Below are positions 34,324 through 43,978 of a stretch of DNA of 64,000 nucleotides, one piece after another. The position numbers and the translations under genes were made by a program. Origin of the DNA: Deltaproteobacteria bacterium (GTDB taxonomy: Bacteria; Desulfobacterota; Deferrisomatia; Deferrisomatales; BM512). The DNA is taken from contig PKTT01000062.1 of NCBI GenBank assembly GCA_002869015.1, forward strand, positions 26,257-90,256. The letters are read 5' to 3'. Under the pieces are notes generated by a model. The model was given only the letters and a program-made list of their open reading frames with translations, ran no database searches and had not been told where the DNA came from. Each line of letters opens with the position of its first letter. Within the stretch, counting starts at the first letter, position 1.

Positions 34324-35718
34324 CTATCTGAAATCAGACCTTTCAAAGCCGTATTTCTTCATCTTCCGCTCAATGGTGCGACGTGACATCTGCATGGATT
34401 TAGCTACTTCTTTAATCTTTCCGTTGTGGCGCTCAAGCATGCGCAGGAGATAGCGTTGTTCATACTTCTCAACCACCCGCTCCAGCCCAAATCCGAAGGG
34501 CTCATCGGGCTCATCCACCTGCGTAATGACATTCTCAAAGATATTTTCACCAAGGGCCTCTTTTAAATGTGCAGGGCGTATCGTCCTACCCCTGCCCGTC
34601 GCGATAACGCTTTCAATGATATTCTCAAGTTCCCTGACGTTTCCTGGAAAATCGTGAAGCTGGAGGATTCGGGCCGCCTTCGGGCCTATTTTGGTGAAAT
34701 TTTTCCCATACTTCTCTGAGTACCGCCGCATAAACAGGTGCGCCAAAAGAGGAATATCGCTCTTTCTCTCACGCAATGGCGGCAAAACCACATGAACGAC
34801 TTTCAATCTGTAATAAAGGTCATTTCTGAAATTGCCTTTATTGACCTCTTCAAGGAGGTTCATGTTGGTCGCGGCGACAAACCTGACGTCGATCTCTCTT
34901 TCGACGGTCTCGCCTACACGCGTAACGCGTCTTTCCTGTAAAACTCTGAGAAGTTTTACTTGAAGGTGCAGCTCAAGCTCACCAATCTCATCTAGAAAAA
35001 GAGTCCCCCCATTTGCCGCTTCAAAATACCCTACGTGTTCACGCTCCGCCCCGGTAAAGGCCCCTTTAACGTGGCCAAAAAGCTCACTCTCTATAAGGTT
35101 TGGGGGAATTGCACCTAGATTTACAGCGATGAAGGGGCCTTTACTTCTAGGAGACTCGTCATGAAGTGCGTGAGCTAGAAGCTCCTTGCCCGTACCGGAC
35201 TCCCCCTCAATAAGCACTATTGCCTGCGTCTGGGCGGCGCGTGAGACTCTCTTTAAGAGCTTTGTCATTGAGGGGCTTCGGCCAAAGATACGGTGGCTAG
35301 AGTTGCCTACACGTTCGCGAAGCGCCTTTACCTCATCTCTTAGCTCCTTCATCTCCAAAGCTTTTTTTACCGCGTGGATTATCTCTTCAGGGAGCAAGGG
35401 CTTTCTCAGATAGTCAAAGGCCCCTATCTTCATAAGCTCAATTGCCGACTCAACAGATGCATGGGCCGTTATAACAATGACCTCTGTATCTGTATGGTCC
35501 TCCTTGACCTTACGCACCACATGCTCTCCGCCTATAGCGCCCAGCACCAAGTCAGTTACCACCAGGCCGAAGCTCTCCTTTTCAAGCTTTGTCATAGCAG
35601 CTTCAGCGGAGTCCACTGCCGTTACCTCGTAGCCCTCCGCAGAGAGGAGACGCTCCATAAGCGCGGACATTCCCGAATCATCTTCAACTATCAGAATTTT
35701 ATTGATATTACTCAGCAT
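34324..35718 (-). CDS. Sigma-54-dependent response regulator (NtrC family: REC + AAA+ + Fis HTH)
   Basis: 464 aa. REC domain (ILIVEDDSG...VVTDLVLG), Walker [15 protein letters not shown] motif and a C-terminal HTH. Confidence 0.9.
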   Translation of the reverse strand: MLSNINKILIVEDDSGMSALMERLLSAEGYEVTAVDSAEAAMTKLEKESFGLVVTDLVLGAIGGEHVVRKVKEDHTDTEVIVITAHASVESAIELMKIGAFDYLRKPLLPEEIIHAVKKALEMKELRDEVKALRERVGNSSHRIFGRSPSMTKLLKRVSRAAQTQAIVLIEGESGTGKELLAHALHDESPRSKGPFIAVNLGAIPPNLIESELFGHVKGAFTGAEREHVGYFEAANGGTLFLDEIGELELHLQVKLLRVLQERRVTRVGETVEREIDVRFVAATNMNLLEEVNKGNFRNDLYYRLKVVHVVLPPLRERKSDIPLLAHLFMRRYSEKYGKNFTKIGPKAARILQLHDFPGNVRELENIIESVIATGRGRTIRPAHLKEALGENIFENVITQVDEPDEPFGFGLERVVEKYEQRYLLRMLERHNGKIKEVAKSMQMSRRTIERKMKKYGFERSDFR

Positions 35719-35736
35719 CTCACTTCCATCTCATTG

Positions 35737-36894
35737 CTAATCCCACCAAGCCTCGTGCTGGTAATTTACGGGAACGCCATCAAGGCGCACTCTTACCCCG
35801 GTATTGTCCACTGGCAACATGTGCAGCTGACTGCTCAGACCCTTTTCTTCAATCCACTCTTTTAGAGGTTCCGGTTTCGAGCATATTGCAAATGTACCGG
35901 GACCAATTGAACTCATCGAAACAATCTCAGCGCCCAATCCACGGAAGCCATCAAGAATACCCGCTATATCCACTCCATCGCTCTCATGAAAATTGCATTC
36001 GGCTAACTTTGAACCCATTTTGGAGAGCCGGTAAATGCTCTCGCCAACAGCTTTGTAGTCGCCTCTTTTCATCGCCGGGAGCAGGTCCATCAAAACTATA
36101 TATGCCTTCTCTTTTCTAGTCTCGAGGTCAAGCTCCCTTGCCTGTCCAAGGAGTTTTTCAGCCTCATTCTCACCAGAGAAAAAACTTTTTGCGGTTTTTG
36201 GCACTACCAACAGCACCTTCATATTGTTTGGCAGTGGGGACCTCATAACTATATTGCAATCATCGGAGGCAACGACCATCCCGCCGTGTATTCCAACCAT
36301 TGCGCCGACGTTAGTCTCAAAACCTGGCACCAGGAGATTGTCGCCGTATGTGGCCTCCTCGCAGTAGTTGTAGGCTATGGACTTTCTTAGGTCGCTTAAA
36401 GTTAAAGGCCTACCGAAAAGTTCGTTCAAAGCCACCATAGTAGCGGTTATCACGCTTATGGAGGAACCTAGGCCAATGTGTTTATAGCCATGGTCCTCAA
36501 TCACCACTTTCATACCGACGTACTCCCCCACCATCGTTTGGAACATCTCGACCAGATGGCACCCGATGGATGCCCTCGAACCTGTGGCTGAGACTCCGAG
36601 GGCTTGGGTGAAGGCAATCTTTGCGCGGCTGTAGGTACCGACAGCAAAGCCGATACCTCCGCCACCCGGTATCCCAACATCGAACCGGTTCATGTCTATT
36701 ACGGAGGCATGGAGGCGCGCTGGCACCTCCACTTCGCAAACTGTGCCGACTCCATATGGCACCGTCTTCCTGACTGCGCCGCCCCAATGAGATGGGAATA
36801 TGAATTTTGATGGATCACCCGGCTTGAAGTGGGATACCCCTTGCGATTTTCGAGAGCCAGCGTCAGTCATGTTCCGCCCTTTTAAAGCACCCAT
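35737..36894 (-). CDS. GHMP-kinase-superfamily protein resembling beta-ribofuranosylaminobenzene-5'-phosphate synthase (COG1907-like)
   Basis: 385 aa. GHMP motif HIGLGSSISVITA. The N-terminal RLHASVIDMNRFDVGIPGGGGIGFAV resembles the beta-RFAP synthase signature. Family call is from motif memory only, and the start is uncertain (M1 or M9). Confidence 0.5.
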   Translation of the reverse strand: MGALKGRNMTDAGSRKSQGVSHFKPGDPSKFIFPSHWGGAVRKTVPYGVGTVCEVEVPARLHASVIDMNRFDVGIPGGGGIGFAVGTYSRAKIAFTQALGVSATGSRASIGCHLVEMFQTMVGEYVGMKVVIEDHGYKHIGLGSSISVITATMVALNELFGRPLTLSDLRKSIAYNYCEEATYGDNLLVPGFETNVGAMVGIHGGMVVASDDCNIVMRSPLPNNMKVLLVVPKTAKSFFSGENEAEKLLGQARELDLETRKEKAYIVLMDLLPAMKRGDYKAVGESIYRLSKMGSKLAECNFHESDGVDIAGILDGFRGLGAEIVSMSSIGPGTFAICSKPEPLKEWIEEKGLSSQLHMLPVDNTGVRVRLDGVPVNYQHEAWWD

Positions 36895-36977
36895 CGATTC
36901 ACATAAACCGTTAATAAGCCTAGCATATTTCTCTGTATTGTTTTAGGATTAATCGAACCCCTCCCACGGAAACAACC

Positions 36978-38132
36978 ATGGAAAAAAACACTCAGGGGAG
37001 TGCCTCATGTTCACTCTCCGACATAATCAACAATGACATTTTCAATGCCATTTTAGAGGGAAGCGCAGAGGGAATTTGCATTACCGATTCCCAAGACAAT
37101 GTCATAGCGTTTAACAAAGCCGCCGAAATTTTAACAGGTAGAAACGCCGGCGAAGTTTTGGGGTCAAGCTGCGAAAACGCCTTTCAGTGCTCTTCAACCG
37201 CCGGATGCTGCCTAAAACCTGGCGCACGCTCAGGGTTGTGGCCGGAACTTTCATGTAATGCGCTGCGCGCCGATGGCAAAGCGGTAACCTTTAGGCGCAG
37301 GTCACGGGTGATTCGCGACTCTGTTGGAAGGTTTATCGGCAACATCTCCTATTTCGCCGACATGTCCCTCAAAGAAACCCTCCAGAAGAAGATGGTTGTA
37401 TATGAAAGGATGGCGAGCCTCGGAGAGCTCTCCGCATCCATGGTCCATGAAATTGGCAACCCGGTATCCGTGATTCTCGGCTTTAGCAGAATCCTCGTCC
37501 AACAAGAGGGTGAAGACCCCGGCGGCGATATCCGCTCCAGAATTTTCAAAGAGGCAGAGCGTTGCAGGGAGGTCGTTGACCATTTATTGGATTATGCCCG
37601 CTCTGCATCAAGAGAACCCCAGAGGACGCCACTAGTATTAAAGTCAGTGGTTGACGAAACCCTGGATTTGCTTAGCTACAGGATGAAGCGCCAAGCCGTA
37701 AGCTGGGAAGTTCTCTGGGATGTCGAAAACGCAATCGTTAGCGCCGACAGGGGTGAGCTAAAGCAAGTCTTCCTCAACGTCCTTTTGAATGCTCTTAACG
37801 CCATGGATGAGGGGGGGGTCATCAGCATAAAGGGTGAAACCAAACGCAACCTGATAACGGTGGGGGGAGACTCCTTATCAAACCCACGGCGCAAAACAAA
37901 AGTTATCGAGAGCATAGCCGTATTCATAGAAGACGAGGGAAGCGGGTTGGGTGGTCTTGACCCTGAACGTTTTTTTGCGCCCTTCTTTTCCACAAAGGAG
38001 ACCGGCGGTGGCCTTGGGCTGCCCACATGCCGCAAGCTCCTTGACAAATTCGGCGGCACCATCCGCCTTGAGGAGAGGGCCAGCGGTGGCGCAAGGGTTA
38101 TAATCGAAATACCCGCTTGTCTGGATGGATAG
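36978..38132 (+). CDS. Cytoplasmic PAS-domain sensor histidine kinase
   Basis: 384 aa. PAS domain (ICITDSQDNVIAFNKAAEILTGRNAGEVLG), H-box SASMVHEIGNP and HATPase_c G-boxes (DEGSGLG, GGGLGL). Confidence 0.85.
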   Translation: MEKNTQGSASCSLSDIINNDIFNAILEGSAEGICITDSQDNVIAFNKAAEILTGRNAGEVLGSSCENAFQCSSTAGCCLKPGARSGLWPELSCNALRADGKAVTFRRRSRVIRDSVGRFIGNISYFADMSLKETLQKKMVVYERMASLGELSASMVHEIGNPVSVILGFSRILVQQEGEDPGGDIRSRIFKEAERCREVVDHLLDYARSASREPQRTPLVLKSVVDETLDLLSYRMKRQAVSWEVLWDVENAIVSADRGELKQVFLNVLLNALNAMDEGGVISIKGETKRNLITVGGDSLSNPRRKTKVIESIAVFIEDEGSGLGGLDPERFFAPFFSTKETGGGLGLPTCRKLLDKFGGTIRLEERASGGARVIIEIPACLDG

Positions 38133-38140
38133 AATCTCCA

Positions 38141-38686
38141 TCAGGCCCTGAAAAGGCTTTTGCGAAGGGACCTTTTTACATCATTTACTATCTCTGGGTT
38201 GATGATTGGGGAGTCTTCACACCAACCCTGCCATGGGCCTAGCAGCTGCTCATAAGGTATTCCGCAACCTCTTGAATAAACCGCCCCAACGCCTGGAAAG
38301 TTCTCTTCGTTGACTCTCTTGGCGAGTGCCATAAGCTCGTCGCGCCTAGCTTTTGACTCAGTGTGGAAGATTACCGCAAATGTTTTATGCCCCCCGGCGC
38401 CCTTGCCGAATTTTCCGTAGACCTCCTCCCCGGGGAAGGTCTTGCTAAATAGGGTCAGCCAATCATAGCAATCGTTATAACTCTCAAGCGCAACCGTAAC
38501 TTTCCAACATTCAAGGGCTTCTTTTAGATGTATTCTCTTCACATCACCCCTGAGCTGCTCCCAAAGCCCCGTCATACAGGGGAGGCACCTTTTATTTAGC
38601 CTATCTTTTGTGCGCCGCATCAGGGGGTCGCTTTCAAAGCTGGTCCACCCCTCAAGTGAAGCGCGCCTTCCTAAATGGATTTCCAC
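38141..38686 (-). CDS. Hypothetical protein (start uncertain)
   Basis: 181-aa ORF from GTG. Internal ATG alternatives exist (MRRTKDRL, MTGLWEQL). No recognised family. Confidence 0.4.
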   Translation of the reverse strand: MEIHLGRRASLEGWTSFESDPLMRRTKDRLNKRCLPCMTGLWEQLRGDVKRIHLKEALECWKVTVALESYNDCYDWLTLFSKTFPGEEVYGKFGKGAGGHKTFAVIFHTESKARRDELMALAKRVNEENFPGVGAVYSRGCGIPYEQLLGPWQGWCEDSPIINPEIVNDVKRSLRKSLFRA

Positions 38687-38901
38687 TTGATTGAGTTAAT
38701 CCTACTTAACGAAGTTGAACTGAACTTTGAGCGCGTTAAGGGTTCCCTTCATCCTTATCATATTTTTCTCAATCGCGGGGTTCCCTCTGCCTACCTCAGC
38801 TAACGCGTCTATTTTGGCTGACACTTCGGCAATTGCTTCCCTTATCTTCTCTGCCTGCTCCTGAACCTTCATTTTATCAGCTCCGCATTAGTTCAAATTT
38901 T

Positions 38902-40236
38902 TTATTTTTTCCTAAGGTCTTTGAACCTCTTTGACTTGACCTCATATCGCGGGAGGGACCCATAGGGAACGACCTCTATCCCTATATTCAGCTGAGTCTT
39001 CAGCCTTAAAGTGGAGGAGAGCTTCCGCAAGAGCTCGTCACGCCCCTTACCTGTAAGCTCATCTTTCAATTCAACCCTCAGATCGATTCTGTCAAGGTCC
39101 CCCTTCTTGTCTATGGTCAGTTCAAATTCGCCGTCAATTTCATTGAAAGAGCGCACTACCTCTTCCACCGTCACCGGGGAGAAAAGAACCCCCTTGACCT
39201 TTGTAATATGATCTACGCGCCCGTGAACTCCCTTTTCAAGGACTCTCCAGGTACGTCCGCATCCACACTTCTCCTCGGACCATGCGGATACGTCTTTCGT
39301 GTCGAACCGTATGCACGGCTGTGCCCTCCGGTCAAAAGCACTGATCACTATGCGGCCAGGCACGCCGCTTTCAGTAACTGGCTTGTCGGAATCAAGCTCA
39401 AGAAGCTCGACAAGGAACATGGACTCAATTACGTGTAGTCCTTCCGGCTTATGGCGGCATTCAAATGACCATGCGCCAACTTCGGTCGCGCCTACATGGT
39501 CATGAACCGGGCAATTCCAGGCCTCCTCCATCCGCTTCTTCGTGGAAGGCACCAAGGCTCCAGGCTCACCGGCACAGAGAATTTTCTTTATGCCCCAGTC
39601 ATGGGGGTCTCCCTCAAGCTCTTTTTTTACCGTCTCCGCCATGCCAAGGACATAAGTAGGGGTCGCCATAAAGGCAGTAGCCTTAAGCTCTTTCATTTTG
39701 AGCAAGCGCTCCCTTGTAGCCAGCACGCCGCCAGGGACTACCTCACACCCTATCTTCTCACAGGCATAATGGCCCGCCCAATAAGCGACGAAGATATTGT
39801 AGCCAAATGGTATGAAAACCCGGTCCTCCGGCCTGAAGCCTTGCGCCCAGAGCACCGTCGCCCAACACTCGCTCCACCATTCCCAATCAGCCCATGTATC
39901 CGGCTGATATACAGGAGTGCCGGTAGTTCCGCTGGTTTGGTGAAATACCGTAACCTCATCTAACGGAACGCATAGGGTGTCGCCATAGGGGAAGGGCTCC
40001 ACATTCTGGCAGCGGTAGTCATCTTTTGTAAGCAGCGGAACTTTTGAGATATCCTCCCAGCTCTTCAGGTCCTCCGGGTGAAATGATGCCTCTTCAAATT
40101 TTCTCCGATAGAGGGGGCTTTTCTCATAGCCCCATTTTACAAGCTCCTTCATCTTTTCGAGCTGCATTTGACGGATAGCCCCCATATCCATCACTTCTAC
40201 CAGTGGGTTCCAATACTCGTCCGTTGATATTTTCAC
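38902..40236 (-). CDS. PaaK-type (phenylacetate-CoA ligase / F390 synthetase family) aryl-CoA ligase
   Basis: 444 aa. The FHQTSGTTGTPV motif and overall layout are those of the PaaK family. Last enzyme gene of the ppc/ubiDX operon. Confidence 0.8.
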   Translation of the reverse strand: MKISTDEYWNPLVEVMDMGAIRQMQLEKMKELVKWGYEKSPLYRRKFEEASFHPEDLKSWEDISKVPLLTKDDYRCQNVEPFPYGDTLCVPLDEVTVFHQTSGTTGTPVYQPDTWADWEWWSECWATVLWAQGFRPEDRVFIPFGYNIFVAYWAGHYACEKIGCEVVPGGVLATRERLLKMKELKATAFMATPTYVLGMAETVKKELEGDPHDWGIKKILCAGEPGALVPSTKKRMEEAWNCPVHDHVGATEVGAWSFECRHKPEGLHVIESMFLVELLELDSDKPVTESGVPGRIVISAFDRRAQPCIRFDTKDVSAWSEEKCGCGRTWRVLEKGVHGRVDHITKVKGVLFSPVTVEEVVRSFNEIDGEFELTIDKKGDLDRIDLRVELKDELTGKGRDELLRKLSSTLRLKTQLNIGIEVVPYGSLPRYEVKSKRFKDLRKK

Positions 40237-40282
40237 TAGATACTCCTGTCATGAAAAATTCCACACGGTTTTGCCGGGGTCT

Positions 40283-40879
40283 TTACCGCGCCTCGGCAGC
40301 AACGGATATATCGCTTCCCACCCAGCGACGGAAAAGGTTGTGCTCGATCTTCAGCGCGTCCAAAGCTTTGCCGACACTCTGATCGATTATGTCTTGCACC
40401 GTCTTTGGACGGTGATACATAGAGATCATAGGGGGCATGAGAATCGCGCCGTTGTCTGCGCAGCGGTTTAGTATCTCAAGGTGTCCTTTGTGCAGCGGCG
40501 TCTCCCTGAACATTATGACCAGATTTCTTCGCTCTTTCAGGGTCACGTCAGCAGCGCGCACGAGGAGGTTCTCATTGTAACAGTGAGCTATAGCTGAAGC
40601 GGTCTTCACCGAGCAGGGTGCGATAACCATCCCCTCAGTTATAAATGAACCGCTGGCGATCGAAGCCCCGACGTCATTAAAATCGTATGTGACGTCTGCC
40701 AAATCCATTACATCATCGACCTTCCAATCGGTCTCAAGGACTATGTTGCGCTTACTGGAATCTGAGATGACGAGGTGGGTCTCTACATCTTCTACGTCTT
40801 TTAACACCTCAAGAATTCTAATCCCGTATTGGGGACCTGTTGCGCCTGAGATGCCTACTACTATTCGTTTCTTTTTCAT
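40283..40879 (-). CDS. ubiX: UbiX-family flavin prenyltransferase
   Basis: 198 aa. MKKKRIVVGISGATGPQYGIRILEVL... is typical of UbiX/Pad1. ATGA overlap with the upstream UbiD gene. Confidence 0.9.
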   Translation of the reverse strand: MKKKRIVVGISGATGPQYGIRILEVLKDVEDVETHLVISDSSKRNIVLETDWKVDDVMDLADVTYDFNDVGASIASGSFITEGMVIAPCSVKTASAIAHCYNENLLVRAADVTLKERRNLVIMFRETPLHKGHLEILNRCADNGAILMPPMISMYHRPKTVQDIIDQSVGKALDALKIEHNLFRRWVGSDISVAAEAR

Positions 40880-42240
40880 GACCGGCCTCCAGAAATGATT
40901 GCGGCAGCCAAGTCAGCTGCATCGGGCTGGATTTTCACCCTTAGATGTTCATGGTTGTGTCCGTAGCCGGTTGCATCAATGCCCAGCTTGGAAGATGTAA
41001 AATCTTCCCCGGTAGATGGGTCTATCGGCGAACCTTTAAGCCCGGATAGTATGATAGTGTCTTCATCGGGACGATATCGCGTTGCCATAGACCATTCAAC
41101 TTCACGCGTCCTTGTGGGGTCTATATCTGAAGCAACCGCGACAGCTTTTTTTACCACTCCGGTATTTAGGAGCCGCTCTAGGAGAGCTCGTATCTGACTA
41201 CTCTCAGCCTTCGACAAGCTAACGACAACCGAGGAGCCAAAAGTGCCTCGTATTAAATGGAGGGTTTCGAAGAATTCAAACTCTCCCTCTACCTGAGAGG
41301 CGATAAATGTCTGCGCCACCTCCCTCAGGAGCACATCTCCCTCCGGGCCATCTGGAAGAAGTGCGTGGTAGATAGGGTTTTTGCGGTGGGTTATACGTGT
41401 AACAAATAAGCTCGGCGTGGTGGTAAAAAGCTGGCTGTAGCCACCTATCTCGCCAAGCGGCCCATCCTGCCTTTCGGTAGCGGGGTCTACATATCCTTCG
41501 AGCAAAAATTCAGCCTCTGCGGGCACCAATATCCCAGTCTCTTTAGCTCTGCCGACCTCTACCGCTTCCCCCCTTAAGCCGCCGGCTACTGAAAGTTTGT
41601 CTGCTCCGGCGGCCCCCTTGAAGGCGAAGGAGGCGAATATGAGCGGGGTCATGCCTATGACGACCGCCACTGGCATCCGCTCCCCACGCTCCTTGTATTT
41701 TGCGTATATCGACGAAAGCGGCGGGTTCAGGAGGGCGGCGCCAAGCTCTCGATCCCCCCTGAGTTCCATCCTGTGTATACCGCGCGCGGTCTCTCCCGTG
41801 TCAGGGTCGATTGTCTGGAGCAGCCCGGTGGTCACGAAGGGACCAGAGTCACCCTCGTAGTAGGTGAAAATTGGCATAACCTCCGAGAGGCTGGCCTCCG
41901 GCTCCAGCACTTCCTCCACGGGCATATTCTCAACTTCTTTTGGTTTAACAGGGCTCTTTAGGCGCTCCCTTAAAGCCCTGGTATATTCGCCACCCGGTGA
42001 TACCCCCATCTCCAAGGCTAGAACATCTTCGGAATAGACAAGGTTGCCCACCGCTGATACTTCATGCCCTTTGAGCGAGGTAAAGAGGACTGCTCCCTTA
42101 TCGAGAGCAGCCGCCCTTGAGAGGCACGCCGCGCATTCGAAGCGGGGGGCGAGAGTTTGTTCAATCTCGACCAACCGCTCCGTTAGCCGAAGTGCCTTTA
42201 ATGCCTCATTCAGGTTGCGAAAGGCCACCCCTACCTCCAC
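40876..42240 (-). CDS. UbiD-family (prFMN-dependent) decarboxylase/carboxylase, short type
   Basis: 454 aa with a UbiD core (ARGIHRMELRG..., EAEFLLEGYVDPATERQDGPLGEIGGY). The GTG start overlaps the ppcD-like stop by 10 nt. Confidence 0.85.
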   Translation of the reverse strand: MEVGVAFRNLNEALKALRLTERLVEIEQTLAPRFECAACLSRAAALDKGAVLFTSLKGHEVSAVGNLVYSEDVLALEMGVSPGGEYTRALRERLKSPVKPKEVENMPVEEVLEPEASLSEVMPIFTYYEGDSGPFVTTGLLQTIDPDTGETARGIHRMELRGDRELGAALLNPPLSSIYAKYKERGERMPVAVVIGMTPLIFASFAFKGAAGADKLSVAGGLRGEAVEVGRAKETGILVPAEAEFLLEGYVDPATERQDGPLGEIGGYSQLFTTTPSLFVTRITHRKNPIYHALLPDGPEGDVLLREVAQTFIASQVEGEFEFFETLHLIRGTFGSSVVVSLSKAESSQIRALLERLLNTGVVKKAVAVASDIDPTRTREVEWSMATRYRPDEDTIILSGLKGSPIDPSTGEDFTSSKLGIDATGYGHNHEHLRVKIQPDAADLAAAIISGGRS

Positions 42241-42488
42241 TCTTCGGGTATGGGATTAATCCACTCAATTATCTCTATAGACCACGGCTTGCCAACCCAC
42301 TGCCCGCGACCTAAACGGGGCCAGAGGCGATCGCCATACTTGTCCGGGTCGGAGGATGCGCGGGCCTTAACAACCTTGCAGCAGTACTTGGCCTTGGTTG
42401 AAGCCAGATCGCGAATTATCATGTCCTGCGCCTGGTCCTGAGTGAATTCATTCAAATCGGTTAAGATAAAAGTGTCGTATTCAGCCAT
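42231..42488 (-). CDS. ppcD: Small (about 10 kDa) subunit, PpcD-like by size and position
   Basis: 85 aa with no recognisable domain. Occupies the position of the 10-kDa delta subunit of phenylphosphate carboxylase between UbiD-like genes. Confidence 0.55.
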   Translation of the reverse strand: MAEYDTFILTDLNEFTQDQAQDMIIRDLASTKAKYCCKVVKARASSDPDKYGDRLWPRLGRGQWVGKPWSIEIIEWINPIPEEWR

Positions 42489-42511
42489 CTTTGGCCTCCA
42501 TTTCCTTTTAA

Positions 42512-43960
42512 TTAGTCCTTAAAGCCGTAGTTGGTCCAGTTACTGAGGACCTTCTCCTTCACGTCCTCGGGATAGACCTTGTTGAAGGAGACCATGATCG
42601 GCTTGTCGGACTCCTTCCAATGGCGCGGGAAGAGGCAATCGAAGAGCACCTTCGAGCCCTTTGACTTTTTCCGCTCCTCCGGGGATGCGAATGGGTTGAG
42701 CGGTGTACCAAGGTGGTTTTCGTAAAGATGAATACCATCAATTGGGTGGCACCTTGTTGAAATGGCGTGAATGACCTCATCCTTGTTGTAGATATCGGTC
42801 TCCTCATCGACGACCACCGCCATGTGGAACCAGGGCCCCAGCTTTGAGCCGAAGATAAGGTTTGCGATCTGCTGCGCTATGCCTGTGTAAACATGCGCCG
42901 TTCCAATTACCACCAAATGATGAGTTGATTCGGGCCACATGTAGACGCCGGTAATCGGAATGCCCTGGCTCTTTAAGAGCTTCTCCATCTCAAGACCAAG
43001 GGAGAAGGACCTGAGGAGCTGCCCCTCATCTGTAGGTACACCCATATTAGAGAGCGGCATGATGGGCTTTTTGCGGTAAGTTATGCAGCGAACCCTGTAG
43101 ACCGTGCGGGGCTCTCTCGGGGAGGTGCGGTAACCTGTGTACTCACCAAAGGGAGCTTCCTCAAGCTCGATCCCTGGGAGGATATCGCCTTCGATGATAA
43201 TCTCTGCGTGGGCAGGCACATAGAGGTCGCTGGTCTCGCACTTGACCATCTCGACGCCCTCACCCATAAGCATTCCGCAGAACTCGTCTTCGGGGATTGA
43301 CGCAGGCGCGCAAGCCGCGATGCCCGCGAGCGGGTCCATTCCGATAACCGTCGCAAAGGGCATCGGCTCGTTCCTCGGCACATGCTTGTAGTGGAACATT
43401 TTGCCCATATCGGAGAATGGCAGCACGGGGCCGACCATCGTCTTCTCGTCAAAGACCATTTGGCGGTACATACCCCAATTTATGTCCTGGGTATCGGGGT
43501 CTTTACCGACTATCATATGCCAGGTGCTTAGATAGCGGCCGCCGTCACCGCCATGAACCATGGGGGCGGGCAGGTCGAAGAGATTGACGTCATCGCCGGT
43601 GATTACTACCTCTTTACAGGGAGCATCTGCGCGGTCAACGATGACGGGAGGATAGGATTTGCCGCTCTCTGTACGCTCAAGGTAAGCAGCGCATATTTCC
43701 GGAATAGGCGTATCGGGGGGAAGCCCGAGTGAAATGGCAAGCTTACGATAGGTTGCCAGTGGCGCGCCAAAAGCCTCGAAGCCTTCGTAATCCTTGATAT
43801 TCTTAAAGTAGGGCGAGGGGCCCTTTATCTCGCATACGCGGCGCACGATGGCGCCCATCTCCATGTCCCAGTCGACCTCCTGCTCCACGGTGACCAGGTC
43901 ACCAGCTTCGTCAAGTGCTTTAATGAACTCTCGGTTGTCTTTGTAATATTTGTAAGGCAT
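42512..43960 (-). CDS. ppcA: UbiD-family large subunit of phenylphosphate-carboxylase-type enzyme (alpha/beta assignment tentative)
   Basis: 482 aa with a UbiD fold (GGRYLSTWHMIVGKDPDT..., AEIIIEGDILPGIELEEAPFGEYTGY). Synteny matches ppcBCAD. Confidence 0.75.
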   Translation of the reverse strand: MPYKYYKDNREFIKALDEAGDLVTVEQEVDWDMEMGAIVRRVCEIKGPSPYFKNIKDYEGFEAFGAPLATYRKLAISLGLPPDTPIPEICAAYLERTESGKSYPPVIVDRADAPCKEVVITGDDVNLFDLPAPMVHGGDGGRYLSTWHMIVGKDPDTQDINWGMYRQMVFDEKTMVGPVLPFSDMGKMFHYKHVPRNEPMPFATVIGMDPLAGIAACAPASIPEDEFCGMLMGEGVEMVKCETSDLYVPAHAEIIIEGDILPGIELEEAPFGEYTGYRTSPREPRTVYRVRCITYRKKPIMPLSNMGVPTDEGQLLRSFSLGLEMEKLLKSQGIPITGVYMWPESTHHLVVIGTAHVYTGIAQQIANLIFGSKLGPWFHMAVVVDEETDIYNKDEVIHAISTRCHPIDGIHLYENHLGTPLNPFASPEERKKSKGSKVLFDCLFPRHWKESDKPIMVSFNKVYPEDVKEKVLSNWTNYGFKD

Positions 43961-43978
43961 TCGTCGCTCCTTTTTCCT

